Assembly: GCA_964636965.1 (NCBI GenBank)
Contig: CAZWST010000003.1
Coordinates: 900 to 64,899, forward strand
From: an uncultured Muribaculaceae bacterium
GTDB taxonomy: Bacteria; Bacillota_I; Bacilli_A; RF39; UBA660
DNA: 64,000 nucleotides
Direction: 5' to 3'
The notes under the pieces: model-generated
What the model was told of the DNA's origin: nothing
What the model saw: the letters and a program-made list of their open reading frames with translations, nothing else
Database searches by the model: none
Part shown: positions 28,858-38,727 of the stretch, in pieces
Numbering within the stretch: the first letter of the stretch is position 1
How the letters are laid out: each line of letters opens with the position of its first letter
Program-made: the position numbers and the translations under genes

Positions 28858-30561
28858 ATGAAAAGCAGGAAATCTTTATTAGTATTTTTAATTGTTTTAT
28901 TAACAATTGGTTTTGCAAGTGTTACTACAACTTTAACTCTAGTAGGTGTATTAAATATAGGGGATAATAATGATGACTTCAATATAATATTTACAAGTGC
29001 AGCACTTGATGGAGCTATGAGAAACGATTTTATATCTAATGATAAACAAGATCTTTCATTTACTTCTAATGTACTTAGGAGCATAGATGATACAACAACC
29101 TTAGAGTATGAGGTAACAAATACTTCTAGAAACTATGATGCAAATGTTAGTGTAACATGCAGTGCTGGAGAAAATGATTATATTACTTTTGAATATTCTC
29201 CAACAGCAATGACTATTTTAGCTGGAAAAACAGAAAAAGGTACGCTTACAGCTAAAATGAAAAAGGCAGTAATCGATGATAAAGATATAAAAATATCTTG
29301 TGAAATAGTTGCAACTGCTGAAGAAAGAAATTCTCTTGGTGATGAATACTTTGCACCATTTAGTAAGTCAGGTACACTTAAGGCTGCTGACTGGAACACA
29401 ACTGAAACTTACTATGCCTATAAAAAAAATATAACTAATATAGTCTTTGAAAATAAACTTATAGAACACGCCACAGATGAAAACTTAATTTTTGATGTAT
29501 CAGATGCGCAAGATGGAAGTGTTATGGCTTATTTAGTTTTAAATGATGATACTTTAAACAATACTAGTGGATTAACTGATACAACATCTGCTTATACTTT
29601 ATATATTCAAGGAGATACGGGGGTAAAAGCAAGTATTAATGCAGCTGGCTTATTCCATGACTTTACTAACTTAAAAACTATTGATAACTTAAAATATTTA
29701 AGCACTGCTTCTGTAACAAATATGGGAAGTATGTTCCAAAATTGTTCAAGCTTAACAACTGCAGACTTTAGTAACTTTGATACAAGTAAAGTTGTAAATA
29801 TGGATTCCATGTTTTATAATTGTTCGAGTTTAACAGAACTAGATTTAAGGTCATTTAAAACCTCAAATGTCACTACTATGAATGGAATGTTTGGATATTG
29901 TAAGAATTTAGAGAAATTAAATATACGTAACTTTGATACAAGCAAAGTAACAAGTATGAGAGGCTTATTCCAAAATACAAAACTAAAAGAATTGGATTTA
30001 AGTAATTTTAATACATCAAGTGTAACTACTATGAACACTATGTTTGAAAAATGTGCTTCACTTACATCTTTAGATTTAAGTAATTTTAATACATCAAATG
30101 TAACAGACATGGAAGGAATGTTCTTTGGCTGTACTAGTTTAACTAGTTTGAATATTTCTGGGTTTAATACAGAGAAAGTAACAACTATGAATACAATGTT
30201 TTACAATTGTAATAAATTAACTAGTCTTAATGTAAGCAGTTTTAATACTTCGAATGTAACTACGATGACATCAATGTTTGAAAAGTGTAGATCACTTACT
30301 TCATTAAATTTAAGCAATTTTGATACATTAAACGTAACAGATATGCAAACAATTTTCCTTGATTGTGCATCTTTAACTACATTAGATATAAGTGGATTTA
30401 CTGCTGATAATATAAGGAATGATCAATCATTATTTACTGCTTTACCATTAACTTTAAAAGTTTATGTTAAGGATGAATCAGTTCAAACTAAGGTGTTAAG
30501 TTTAGATGCATCTAATCGTCCTAGTGCATGGACAACAGCAAACGTAATAATTAAAGAATAA
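28858..30561 (+). CDS. Surface protein with DUF285 (Mycoplasma-type BspA-like leucine-rich) repeats and an N-terminal signal/anchor
   Basis: Leader MKSRKSLLVFLIVLLTIGFASVTTTL. At least 9 tandem ~25-aa repeats of the form FxxCxSLTSLDLSNFNTSNVTxMxxMF. RBS AGGTG. Upstream extended -10 TGGTATAAT. Confidence 0.7.
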   Translation: MKSRKSLLVFLIVLLTIGFASVTTTLTLVGVLNIGDNNDDFNIIFTSAALDGAMRNDFISNDKQDLSFTSNVLRSIDDTTTLEYEVTNTSRNYDANVSVTCSAGENDYITFEYSPTAMTILAGKTEKGTLTAKMKKAVIDDKDIKISCEIVATAEERNSLGDEYFAPFSKSGTLKAADWNTTETYYAYKKNITNIVFENKLIEHATDENLIFDVSDAQDGSVMAYLVLNDDTLNNTSGLTDTTSAYTLYIQGDTGVKASINAAGLFHDFTNLKTIDNLKYLSTASVTNMGSMFQNCSSLTTADFSNFDTSKVVNMDSMFYNCSSLTELDLRSFKTSNVTTMNGMFGYCKNLEKLNIRNFDTSKVTSMRGLFQNTKLKELDLSNFNTSSVTTMNTMFEKCASLTSLDLSNFNTSNVTDMEGMFFGCTSLTSLNISGFNTEKVTTMNTMFYNCNKLTSLNVSSFNTSNVTTMTSMFEKCRSLTSLNLSNFDTLNVTDMQTIFLDCASLTTLDISGFTADNIRNDQSLFTALPLTLKVYVKDESVQTKVLSLDASNRPSAWTTANVIIKE

Positions 30562-30562
30562 A

Positions 30563-30588
30563 AAAAGAGCTTATTTAAGCTCTTTTAT
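30563..30588. terminator. Bidirectional terminator between convergent genes
   Basis: AAAAAGAGCTTA ttt AAGCTCTTTT. Confidence 0.7.
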
Positions 30589-31373
30589 GCTGCTATAAGT
30601 TCTAAAATCATCATACCAACAAATCCAACAAGTACTAAATAGGCCATAGCAGTTTTATATTTTGAGTTCATTGATTCTGGAACTAATTCCTCAACCACAA
30701 CAAAGATCATAGCTCCAGCAGCAAATGCAAGAAGGTAAGGTAAGATTAGTTTAATTTTTATAGCTAGAAAGACACCAATCATAGCTGCTATTGGCTCAAC
30801 TATACCAGTTAGTGCTCCAATTATGAATGATTTTTTTCTCGAATATCCGACATTTCTAAGTGGAATAGAAATAGCCGCTCCTTCGGGAAAGTTTTGTATT
30901 CCAATACCTATAGCAAGCGAAATAGCACCAGCTACAGTAGCACCATCAATTCCATATACAATTGAACCAAAGGCCGATCCAATTGCCATCCCCTCTGGAA
31001 TATTATGTAAGAGTATTGAAACAATAAGAAGTAGGGTACTTTTAAATCCTTTTTTTTCCGGAACAATATACTTATTCGTAAATTTATCACCTGCAATTAG
31101 TAAAAGAGAACCTACTAATATACTAAGAGAAACAATTAACGGAGCATTTAGATTCAAAGCCTCACTTTGTTCAATAGCTGGAAGTAAAAGTGAAAAAATT
31201 CCCGCTGATAACATTATTCCACCAGAAAGCGCAATCATTGAGTTCATTACTTCTTTTTTAACATTTTTAAAGAAAAATACAGTTGAGGCTCCAAGACAAG
31301 TTACCAAGAAGGTTAATGTACTTGCAATTAAAGCCTGATAGTAAACATTTAAATCATAAAAAAAATTAATCAT
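30585..31373 (-). CDS. zupT: ZIP family metal (zinc) transporter
   Basis: Eight predicted TM helices. ZIP signature HNIPEGMAIG plus a second NFPEGAAIS motif. 262 aa. Confidence 0.8.
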   Translation of the reverse strand: MINFFYDLNVYYQALIASTLTFLVTCLGASTVFFFKNVKKEVMNSMIALSGGIMLSAGIFSLLLPAIEQSEALNLNAPLIVSLSILVGSLLLIAGDKFTNKYIVPEKKGFKSTLLLIVSILLHNIPEGMAIGSAFGSIVYGIDGATVAGAISLAIGIGIQNFPEGAAISIPLRNVGYSRKKSFIIGALTGIVEPIAAMIGVFLAIKIKLILPYLLAFAAGAMIFVVVEELVPESMNSKYKTAMAYLVLVGFVGMMILELIAA

Positions 31374-31414
31374 ATTTATCCCTCACGATATACTATGACT
31401 AATTTATTTATATG

Positions 31415-33088
31415 CTACTTTTTTCTAACTTCCATAATAACTGGTAAAATCATTGGTCTTCTACCCATACGTTCATTGATAAACATATTAAGTTCTAGAA
31501 TAACTTGGTTCTTTATATCAGTAATACTATATTTATTAGATAATGATTTATTAACTATTTCAGAAACTTTATTTTCAATTTCTTTTATTAAATCAGCATT
31601 CTCATTAACTAGTACAAATCCTCTAGTAGTAATATTAGGCTTTATTAAAAGTTCATGCTTATCAGGATCAATATTAAGTATAGTTACTAGAACTCCATCA
31701 TTACTCATTATCTTACGATCTTTTATAACAACTGATCCAATATCACCAATACGAGATCCATCTACATAAACATCTCCAGCTTGATAATATTTACCTTTAT
31801 GAACACCATTATTATCCATTACAACAGAGTCTCCATTTTTACATATGAATATGTTTTCTTCTTTAACTCCACATTGTTTAGCTAAATCAGCATGCTCTTT
31901 TAACATTCTATATTCACCATGTATTGGCATCAAATACTCAGGCTTTAAAAGTCTAATCATCCATTTTAACTCTTCAGCTTTAGCATGTCCTGATGTATGT
32001 ATATCAGGGAATACTGAATTTGTATAAACTTTAACACCTTTTAAATATAGTTTATTTATTATTCTGTTAATACTTGCAGAATTTCCTGGGATTGGATTAG
32101 ATGCAAATACGATTATATCATCGGGTAATAATTGCACTTGTTTATGAACACCATTTGCTATTCTTGATAAAGCAGCTAAAGGCTCACCTTGAGATCCTGT
32201 ACATAAAATACATATTTCGTGTTTTTTTAAGTCTTTTGCTTGATTAATATCAATAAATATTGAAGGGTCTTTAATAAGTCCATTCTTAATTGCAATTTCT
32301 TTGGCATTTTCCATACTTCTACCAAATGTAATAATCTTACGATTATTCTCACGACAAGTTTCAATAATATGTTTAATACGATAAATGTTCGATGCAAATG
32401 TTGCAAGGATTATACGATTGGTATTAGCTCTAGCAAATACATCACCTAAAGCTTCATCAACGACAGCTTCACTTGCAGAAAATCCTGGAGATAACGCATT
32501 AGTACTTTCAGATAATAATAATTTAACACCTTCTTCTCCTAAACGAGCCATTTTATGAATATCCGCCATAGGGCCGATAGGAGTTAAGTCAAACTTAAAG
32601 TCTCCAGTATGAATAATTGTACCATTTGGTGTTCTAATAATAATCGCGTATGAATCAGGTATTGAGTGAGTTGTTGTAATAAATTCAACCGTTATATTTT
32701 TAAATTTAACATGAGTCTCTTCATTATAAACAACTAAATTATCATAACTAATATTTCTATCTACTAATTTTTTAACAATTAAATCATTCGCAATTTGTGA
32801 TGCATATATAACTGGTATATTAACATTTTGTAATAAAAATGATATACCACCAATGTGATCTTCATGTCCATGTGTAATAAATAAAGCTTTTATCTTATTT
32901 TCATTTTGTTTTAAATAACTTACGTCCTGAATTACATAATCAACACCTAAAAGATCATCAGTTGGAAACATAACACCAGCATCTATAATAACTATTTCAT
33001 TTTTATATTCAATTACATACATGTTTTTACCAACTTCGCCTAAACCGCCAAGGGCAAAAACGGTTGTAACATTTTCGTTTTTGTTCAT
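31415..33088 (-). CDS. rnj: Ribonuclease J (metallo-beta-lactamase / beta-CASP RNase)
   Basis: HxHxDH motif FITHGHEDHIGG. N-terminus ALGGLGEVGKNMYV. 557 aa. RBS AAGGAGGA upstream (reverse complement). Confidence 0.9.
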   Translation of the reverse strand: MNKNENVTTVFALGGLGEVGKNMYVIEYKNEIVIIDAGVMFPTDDLLGVDYVIQDVSYLKQNENKIKALFITHGHEDHIGGISFLLQNVNIPVIYASQIANDLIVKKLVDRNISYDNLVVYNEETHVKFKNITVEFITTTHSIPDSYAIIIRTPNGTIIHTGDFKFDLTPIGPMADIHKMARLGEEGVKLLLSESTNALSPGFSASEAVVDEALGDVFARANTNRIILATFASNIYRIKHIIETCRENNRKIITFGRSMENAKEIAIKNGLIKDPSIFIDINQAKDLKKHEICILCTGSQGEPLAALSRIANGVHKQVQLLPDDIIVFASNPIPGNSASINRIINKLYLKGVKVYTNSVFPDIHTSGHAKAEELKWMIRLLKPEYLMPIHGEYRMLKEHADLAKQCGVKEENIFICKNGDSVVMDNNGVHKGKYYQAGDVYVDGSRIGDIGSVVIKDRKIMSNDGVLVTILNIDPDKHELLIKPNITTRGFVLVNENADLIKEIENKVSEIVNKSLSNKYSITDIKNQVILELNMFINERMGRRPMILPVIMEVRKK

Positions 33089-33239
33089 GTTTTATCCTCC
33101 TTAAATAAAAAAATAAGTATATATAAAGCTCTCAGGTACTTAATAATATACTATAATTTTTACAATTTGTCTATACTAGCCGATATTTTTGACATATAAA
33201 TGAATTAAAAAAATATTAAATCATATACCTTATTAGGAG

Positions 33240-34328
33240 ATGATTTTTATAAAAAAAGTAATTTTATTAATGATTGGTCTAATACTTTTATCAGGATGTA
33301 AACAAAAAAGTGAAGATACATTAAAATCATTTAAGGATTACAATGGAAACAAAACTACTTATGAATTAAATGGATCTATGAAAATAATAAGTAATGAAGA
33401 TGAATTTACCTATAATGTAACCGTATCAGTTAAAGATAATAAATACTATAAAGTATCATTAGTAAATACAATTAATAATCATGAGCAAGTAATCTTAAGA
33501 AATGATGATGGTGTATATGTAGTTACCCCAGAACTTAATAAAAGCTTTAAGTTTATGAGTGAATGGCCTAATAACTCAAGTCAAGCGTATTTACTTGAAT
33601 CATTAGTTAATGATGTCAATAAAGATGTTTCTTCAAGCATTGAAAAAGTTAACGATGGCTATATAATTAATGCTAAAGTTGACTATCCTAATAATGAAAG
33701 ATTAGACCATGAAACTATTACAACAGATAAAGACTTCAATATAAAATCTGTTAAAGTAATGGATTCTACTGATAAGATAGAAATAGAAGTTAATATAACT
33801 AAAACTAATTATAAAGCTAAATTTGCAGATGATTTCTTTGATTTAGATAAACTAATAAAAATGAAAGAGACAGAAAAGACAAATGATAAAAATGTCGATG
33901 AGGAGTGTTTAGCAAGTTGTACAGATACTGTTGAAAAATGCAAAACTACTTGTTCTATTGAAGCATCATCAACAATACTTGAAGATATAATTTATCCATT
34001 ATATGTACCAACAGACACTTATCTTTCATCAAAAGATACAGTTTCTACGGATGATGGAAACAGAGTAATTTTAACATTTGCTGGAGTAGACCCATTTATA
34101 TTAGTAGAAGAAGTCTCAAAAGTTAATAATGAACATGATATAATCCCAGTTAATGGAGAACCATTATTTTTAGGTTCAACTATTGGAGCAATATCAGATA
34201 ATTCCATCTATTGGACAAGTAATGGAATAGATTATTATTTAACTAGTAAGACACTTAATGCTAGTGAAATGATGACTATTGCAGAAAGTTTAGAAAATTC
34301 ATCAAATTTAGTTGCAGGACTAAAATAG
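33240..34328 (+). CDS. Hypothetical lipoprotein (362 aa)
   Basis: Signal with classical lipobox LILLSGC. Upstream -35 TTGACA and -10-like TATTAAAT. The RBS AGGAG abuts the annotated ATG, so the true start is uncertain. Confidence 0.5.
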   Translation: MIFIKKVILLMIGLILLSGCKQKSEDTLKSFKDYNGNKTTYELNGSMKIISNEDEFTYNVTVSVKDNKYYKVSLVNTINNHEQVILRNDDGVYVVTPELNKSFKFMSEWPNNSSQAYLLESLVNDVNKDVSSSIEKVNDGYIINAKVDYPNNERLDHETITTDKDFNIKSVKVMDSTDKIEIEVNITKTNYKAKFADDFFDLDKLIKMKETEKTNDKNVDEECLASCTDTVEKCKTTCSIEASSTILEDIIYPLYVPTDTYLSSKDTVSTDDGNRVILTFAGVDPFILVEEVSKVNNEHDIIPVNGEPLFLGSTIGAISDNSIYWTSNGIDYYLTSKTLNASEMMTIAESLENSSNLVAGLK

Positions 34329-34364
34329 TTGATATATAATATATACCCATGAAGAGGTGTAGTT

Positions 34365-34550
34365 ATGAAAAACAAAATAAACAGCATAAACGCATTACTA
34401 TCTGCGTTTGAATCTCGCAACGAACAACTGCACGACGAGATAAAGAAAAATGAAGAAGCTATAGAAGAAATGAAAGCGGAACTAGCTGGACTTTTAGAAA
34501 GCGAATCGATTGATTCTAATACTCAATCAAAAATAGAAATGGTTGCATAA
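34365..34550 (+). CDS. Small hypothetical coiled-coil protein (61 aa)
   Basis: RBS GAAGAGG. Heptad-like sequence NEQLHDEIKKNEEAIEEMKAELAGLLE. Confidence 0.35.
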   Translation: MKNKINSINALLSAFESRNEQLHDEIKKNEEAIEEMKAELAGLLESESIDSNTQSKIEMVA

Positions 34551-34703
34551 CCATTTTTTTATTTGTAAGTTGAAAAACTCAGGGAAAAATAATATAAAGA
34601 AGATAGAAAGTATTATTTCATAAGAAGAAAGAGACAATTAATTTTTCTGTTTTTAATTGTCTATGTCACCAATTTATGTTATATTATTAACAGGTGAATA
34701 AAG

Positions 34704-35252
34704 ATGAAGAAAAAACAACATAGTAAACAAACAGAAAAATTTGTTAGCACAGAAATTAAAAAAAGTAATATGTCTAATGAAGATTATAAAAAGATAGTTT
34801 CTTTTATAATTGTACTTATAATTGTACTTGCATTAGTAGGTTTATTATTCTTATTTAATGGAAAAATTGTTACTAAAGATTTAAGTAATAATACAACTAC
34901 AACAACTGAACCATCATACGATGAAAGTGTTATTCTAGGCACTGAGATATTTAATAAATCAGATAAAGAATATATGGTATTATTATATGATTCAAATAAC
35001 AAAGAAAATGGAATATTATTTGGGGGTCTTTTTAATAGTTATAAAGGAAGCAAGACTTTATATGCTGTAGATGCTGCAAATAAGATGAATAAGAGCTTCT
35101 TTAGTGAATCACTTGAAAATGAAAATACTAAGCCAACTAATGCTAGTGAAGTAAAGGTAAGTGGACCAAGATTACTAGTAATTAAGAATAAAGAAGTAGT
35201 AGAGTACATTAGTGATGCAAATACAATCACAGAAAAACTTTCAGCAAAATAG
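34704..35252 (+). CDS. Hypothetical membrane-anchored protein (182 aa)
   Basis: TM IVSFIIVLIIVLALVGLLFLF. RBS-like AGGTGAA upstream. Upstream inverted repeat AGACAATTAA/TTAATTGTCT at ~34641-34671 overlaps the putative -35. Confidence 0.45.
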   Translation: MKKKQHSKQTEKFVSTEIKKSNMSNEDYKKIVSFIIVLIIVLALVGLLFLFNGKIVTKDLSNNTTTTTEPSYDESVILGTEIFNKSDKEYMVLLYDSNNKENGILFGGLFNSYKGSKTLYAVDAANKMNKSFFSESLENENTKPTNASEVKVSGPRLLVIKNKEVVEYISDANTITEKLSAK

Positions 35253-35309
35253 AATACTTTAATGTATTCTTTTTTTTCTTGTGTTATAATGAATATAAGG
35301 AGAATCAAC

Positions 35310-36509
35310 ATGAAAAACATCAAGAGAAAAAATTTTTTTGAAAAACATAACTTTAACTTAGGAGAACTAATAATAATAACTTTAGCTTTTTCATCACTTA
35401 CCGGAATATTAACAGGTTTATTCTTTTATTTTAAAAATAATAGAAATCTAATACTTGATAAGAATTTATTAGATATTGTATCAACATATAATAAAATAAA
35501 TGATGATTTCTATGGAAAAATAGATAAATCAAAACTTGCAGAAGACGCTATTAATAGCATGATGTCGTCACTAGATGAAAACTATACAGTCCATATGAAT
35601 AAGACTGATACCTCTGATTTATCAGAAAAACTTGAAGGAAGATACCATGGTATCGGTATATCTGTTCAAAAAAAGAATAATTTAGTTTCAATCGTTAATG
35701 TTTATGAAGGAACACCAGCATCAAAAGCAGGATTAAAAACTGGAGATACTATTAAAAGAGTTAATGACTATGAAATAAAAGAAAGTGATTCACTAGAAAA
35801 AATATCTGAACTTATTAAAGAAAAAGATAATGTATCTTTAGTTGTTTTAAGAGATAATGAAGAAATAACCATTAAAATAGATGTTAAGACTATCGAAACA
35901 CCATCAATCGATTATAAAATTCATGAAAGAAATAATAAAAAAATTGGGTATATATATATTCAAACATTTTCAAAAACTACAGCTTCTCAAGTTAGTAATG
36001 CTTTAGATAGTTTAGAAAGTGAAAAAATAGATTCACTTATAATAGATGTTAGAAGTAATACGGGTGGTTACTTAAAATCAGCTGAAGATATTTTAAATAT
36101 GTTTATAAGAGAAGGAGAAATACTTTATTCAATTGAGAGTAAAGATAAAAGAAAAGTAATATATGATACGACAAAAATGATGCGCACCCTTAATATGGTA
36201 GTGTTAATTGATCGTGCATCAGCCTCAGCCTCCGAAATACTTGCAACAAGTTTAAAAGAAAGTTATGGAGCTATACTTGTTGGAACTAAAACTTATGGAA
36301 AGGGACTTGTTCAGCAAACCGATTTCTTAAGTGATAATACAATGATTAAGTATACTACTGCCAAATGGTTTACACCTAAAGGAAACTATGTAAATGAAAT
36401 AGGGTATAAACCAGATGTTGAAGTAAAACTTACTCGCGAGTATGCACTTAATCCATGTGATGAAACAGATGCCCAATTACAAAAAGCATTAGATATATTA
36501 TCAAAATAA
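35310..36509 (+). CDS. ctpA: Carboxy-terminal processing peptidase (S41, CtpA/CtpB-like) with a PDZ domain
   Basis: PDZ region VNVYEGTPASKAGLKTGDTIKRVN. S41 motifs NTGGYLKSAEDILNMF and LIDRASASASEILA (catalytic Ser/Lys region). N-terminal TM. ATG 35310 with RBS AAGGAG; the track ORF began at 35262. Confidence 0.8.
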   Translation: MKNIKRKNFFEKHNFNLGELIIITLAFSSLTGILTGLFFYFKNNRNLILDKNLLDIVSTYNKINDDFYGKIDKSKLAEDAINSMMSSLDENYTVHMNKTDTSDLSEKLEGRYHGIGISVQKKNNLVSIVNVYEGTPASKAGLKTGDTIKRVNDYEIKESDSLEKISELIKEKDNVSLVVLRDNEEITIKIDVKTIETPSIDYKIHERNNKKIGYIYIQTFSKTTASQVSNALDSLESEKIDSLIIDVRSNTGGYLKSAEDILNMFIREGEILYSIESKDKRKVIYDTTKMMRTLNMVVLIDRASASASEILATSLKESYGAILVGTKTYGKGLVQQTDFLSDNTMIKYTTAKWFTPKGNYVNEIGYKPDVEVKLTREYALNPCDETDAQLQKALDILSK

Positions 36510-36524
36510 AGGAGGTAGATAAAT

Positions 36525-37775
36525 GTGAAAAAAAATATACATAAGTTAGAAATGGATTTTAAAGAATATAAGAAAATAAAGCACGAAAGACAAAGTGTAC
36601 TAATAGTTTTAAACAATGAAGAGAATAAAAGTATAAATATTAAAGATAATATTTTAATTACAAATAATAAGAAAAAATTTAAAAGAAAAGTCAAAAAATT
36701 AAATACTTATTCTAATCTTGATGAAGTAAAGAAAAATGTGAGTAATAAACAATTAGGATATAAGAAAAAAGATATAATTAATTATGATGATCTTGTGGAA
36801 AACTATACTAAAAATGACATTAAGAAGTATGGCTTACTAGCAATTGAATTAAAAAAGAAAAAGCATATATTAAAGAAAATATTTTTTACAATATTATTTT
36901 TAGTGCTTATAATAGTTTTAGGACTAGATATTTATAAAAAAATAGAAAAAATGAATATACAAAAATATCAGGATGCACTAATTGAAATTAGTAATGACAA
37001 ACTATCTTATGTGTTTTTAGAAATTAATCCATCTTTTGCTTTAATTTTAAAGGGAAGCAATGTAAGTGATGTTTACTGCCTTAATGATGATTGTATGGAT
37101 ATTTATAATGACATAAATGTAAAAGATAAGAATATAAATGAAAGTATTGATATTATCTATAATATTTCTAAAGAAAAAGGATTTGATACTTCGAAGGGTG
37201 TAAAAATTAAATCATCTGAAAGTATAAATATAGAAGCGAAGGATTATATTGCTCTTGAGTACATTGATCCTATTAAAGAAAAAGAATTATTAGATACAGT
37301 AAAAAATAAGGATAATCTAACTAATATAGACAATGATAATTATTACCATAAATTATGGGAAAAATTAAAAAAAGATTCTGACTATGATAAAATCTATTCG
37401 TGCAATATGGATAATGGCAAATTAGAATGTTTCTTTATTATAGAATCTATTATGCCAATGGCAGATGTTTTAGATGAAAGTAAACCAGTAACTGATATTA
37501 TGAGTCAAAATGTTTTAAGTGTATTAAATAAGGTAAAAAGGACACTAAATAAATTTAATATTAAAACTATTGATTCTGGATTTGGAACAGTAGTATATAT
37601 AAATAATATTGGTTATACATATGCTCTAGATACTAACTGTTTTAGAGATTACAATACACAAATATGTTATGACGATTTTGGATGTTTTCCAGAACACCAT
37701 AGAGATAAATTTAATATAAAAGATTTAGATTTATTAAACCCAAGTTCTATCCAAAGTAAAATAAAAACATTTTAG
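36525..37775 (+). CDS. Hypothetical single-TM membrane protein (416 aa); GTG start
   Basis: RBS AAGGAGG ~9 nt upstream of GTG 36525 (the in-frame ATG option hits an immediate stop). TM KKIFFTILFLVLIIVLGLDIY. Confidence 0.45.
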   Translation: MKKNIHKLEMDFKEYKKIKHERQSVLIVLNNEENKSINIKDNILITNNKKKFKRKVKKLNTYSNLDEVKKNVSNKQLGYKKKDIINYDDLVENYTKNDIKKYGLLAIELKKKKHILKKIFFTILFLVLIIVLGLDIYKKIEKMNIQKYQDALIEISNDKLSYVFLEINPSFALILKGSNVSDVYCLNDDCMDIYNDINVKDKNINESIDIIYNISKEKGFDTSKGVKIKSSESINIEAKDYIALEYIDPIKEKELLDTVKNKDNLTNIDNDNYYHKLWEKLKKDSDYDKIYSCNMDNGKLECFFIIESIMPMADVLDESKPVTDIMSQNVLSVLNKVKRTLNKFNIKTIDSGFGTVVYINNIGYTYALDTNCFRDYNTQICYDDFGCFPEHHRDKFNIKDLDLLNPSSIQSKIKTF

Positions 37776-37789
37776 CATTTTTAGTATTT

Positions 37790-37865
37790 TGTCAAAATAA
37801 AGTATACTTTGTCGAATTATACATAAAATTGTCTTTTGATTTACAAATATTTACATGGTTCGACA
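37790..37865 (+). promoter_or_regulatory. Cluster of Spo0A-box-like sites (TGTCGAA consensus) upstream of the spo0A-like gene
   Basis: Near-match TGTCAAA (37790-37796). Perfect TGTCGAA (37810-37816). Perfect reverse-complement TTCGACA (37859-37865). TATAAT hexamer at 37899-37904, before the RBS AAGGGAG. Confidence 0.5.
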
Positions 37866-37945
37866 AAACTTCCTATTTCTATTTGTAAAACTTTATACTA
37901 TAATGTTTTTAGCAGTCAAGAAATATTAGAAAAAAGGGAGACATT

Positions 37946-38683
37946 ATGGCAATAAAAACACTAGTGATAGATGGAGATTCTAATCACACTAAAGAAGTTG
38001 CGAAGTATTCTTGTAGTTCTAGTAGTATTGAAGTTAGATGTGTAAGTTCGAAAGATGAGGCACAGCAATTTATAAAAGAATCAGATTGTATAATTATAAA
38101 TATGTTACTTAACGGTATTGATTCATATGAGTTATTAAGCGATATTAGAAGTTTATATAATGATAAAATAATCATCGCAACAAGTGAATTTATATCAGCA
38201 GACATGATGGATAGCATCAGTAAGTATTCAGTTAACTATTTTATAAAGAAACCTTATGATGTTAGTACACTTGAAGATATAATTATCGCACTTTATAAAA
38301 GAAGAAATAATATTAAACCAGAAGAAGATTTAGACATAAAAATAGAGATTACAAACTTGTTACATAGTTTAGGAATACCATCACATATAAAAGGATATTC
38401 ATATATTCGTGATGGTATTGAAATGCTTTATCATGATTCATCATTAGTTGGATCAATTACAAAAGAGTTATACCCAAGCATTGCATCCTCTTATGATACA
38501 ACATCATCAAGAGTAGAAAGAGCAATAAGGCATGCGATTGAAGTATCATGGGTTAGAGGAGATTATAACCTTATGGAAGAGATATTCGGAAATTCGATTG
38601 ACTTTGATCGTAGTAAACCAACAAATTCAGAATTTATCGTAACATTAGCAGATAGATTAAAATTAAATGCAAAATATGCATAA
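37946..38683 (+). CDS. spo0A: Spo0A-family sporulation transcription factor homolog (atypical receiver: Asn at the phospho-acceptor position)
   Basis: C-terminal domain nearly collinear with Bacillus Spo0A DNA-binding domain: SLGIPSHIKGYSYIRDGIEMLYHDSSLVGSITKELYPSIASSYDTTSSRVERAIRHAIEVSWVRG...KPTNSEFIVTLADRLKL. Receiver domain alignable (IDGD, ATSEF, KKP), but DVLVLDIIMP aligns to DCIIINMLLN. Confidence 0.8.
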   Translation: MAIKTLVIDGDSNHTKEVAKYSCSSSSIEVRCVSSKDEAQQFIKESDCIIINMLLNGIDSYELLSDIRSLYNDKIIIATSEFISADMMDSISKYSVNYFIKKPYDVSTLEDIIIALYKRRNNIKPEEDLDIKIEITNLLHSLGIPSHIKGYSYIRDGIEMLYHDSSLVGSITKELYPSIASSYDTTSSRVERAIRHAIEVSWVRGDYNLMEEIFGNSIDFDRSKPTNSEFIVTLADRLKLNAKYA

Positions 38684-38727
38684 TAACTAAGAATATTCCT
38701 CATATATATTTATAGGAGGATTTTTTT

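Noticed and set aside
28858-28960. Resemblance of the shared leaders (IGFASVTTTLTL...) to SipW-cognate TasA/camelysin-type signal peptides
   Set aside because: The similarity is limited to a short hydrophobic/Thr-rich stretch. No archaeal-type signal peptidase (sipW) gene is in the window, and the downstream domain does not look like M73/TasA.
30823-31338. 171-aa plus-strand ORF
   Set aside because: It lies entirely within, and antisense to, the well-supported ZIP transporter gene (30585..31373). Its low-complexity Ile/Pro/Ala-rich translation is typical of a shadow ORF.
31395-31769. 124-aa plus-strand ORF
   Set aside because: It is antisense to the strongly supported RNase J gene, so it is a shadow ORF. 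The same applies to other short antisense ORFs in the track (e.g. 13331..13663, 17675..17968, 39360..39689, 55006..55359, 57889..58737).
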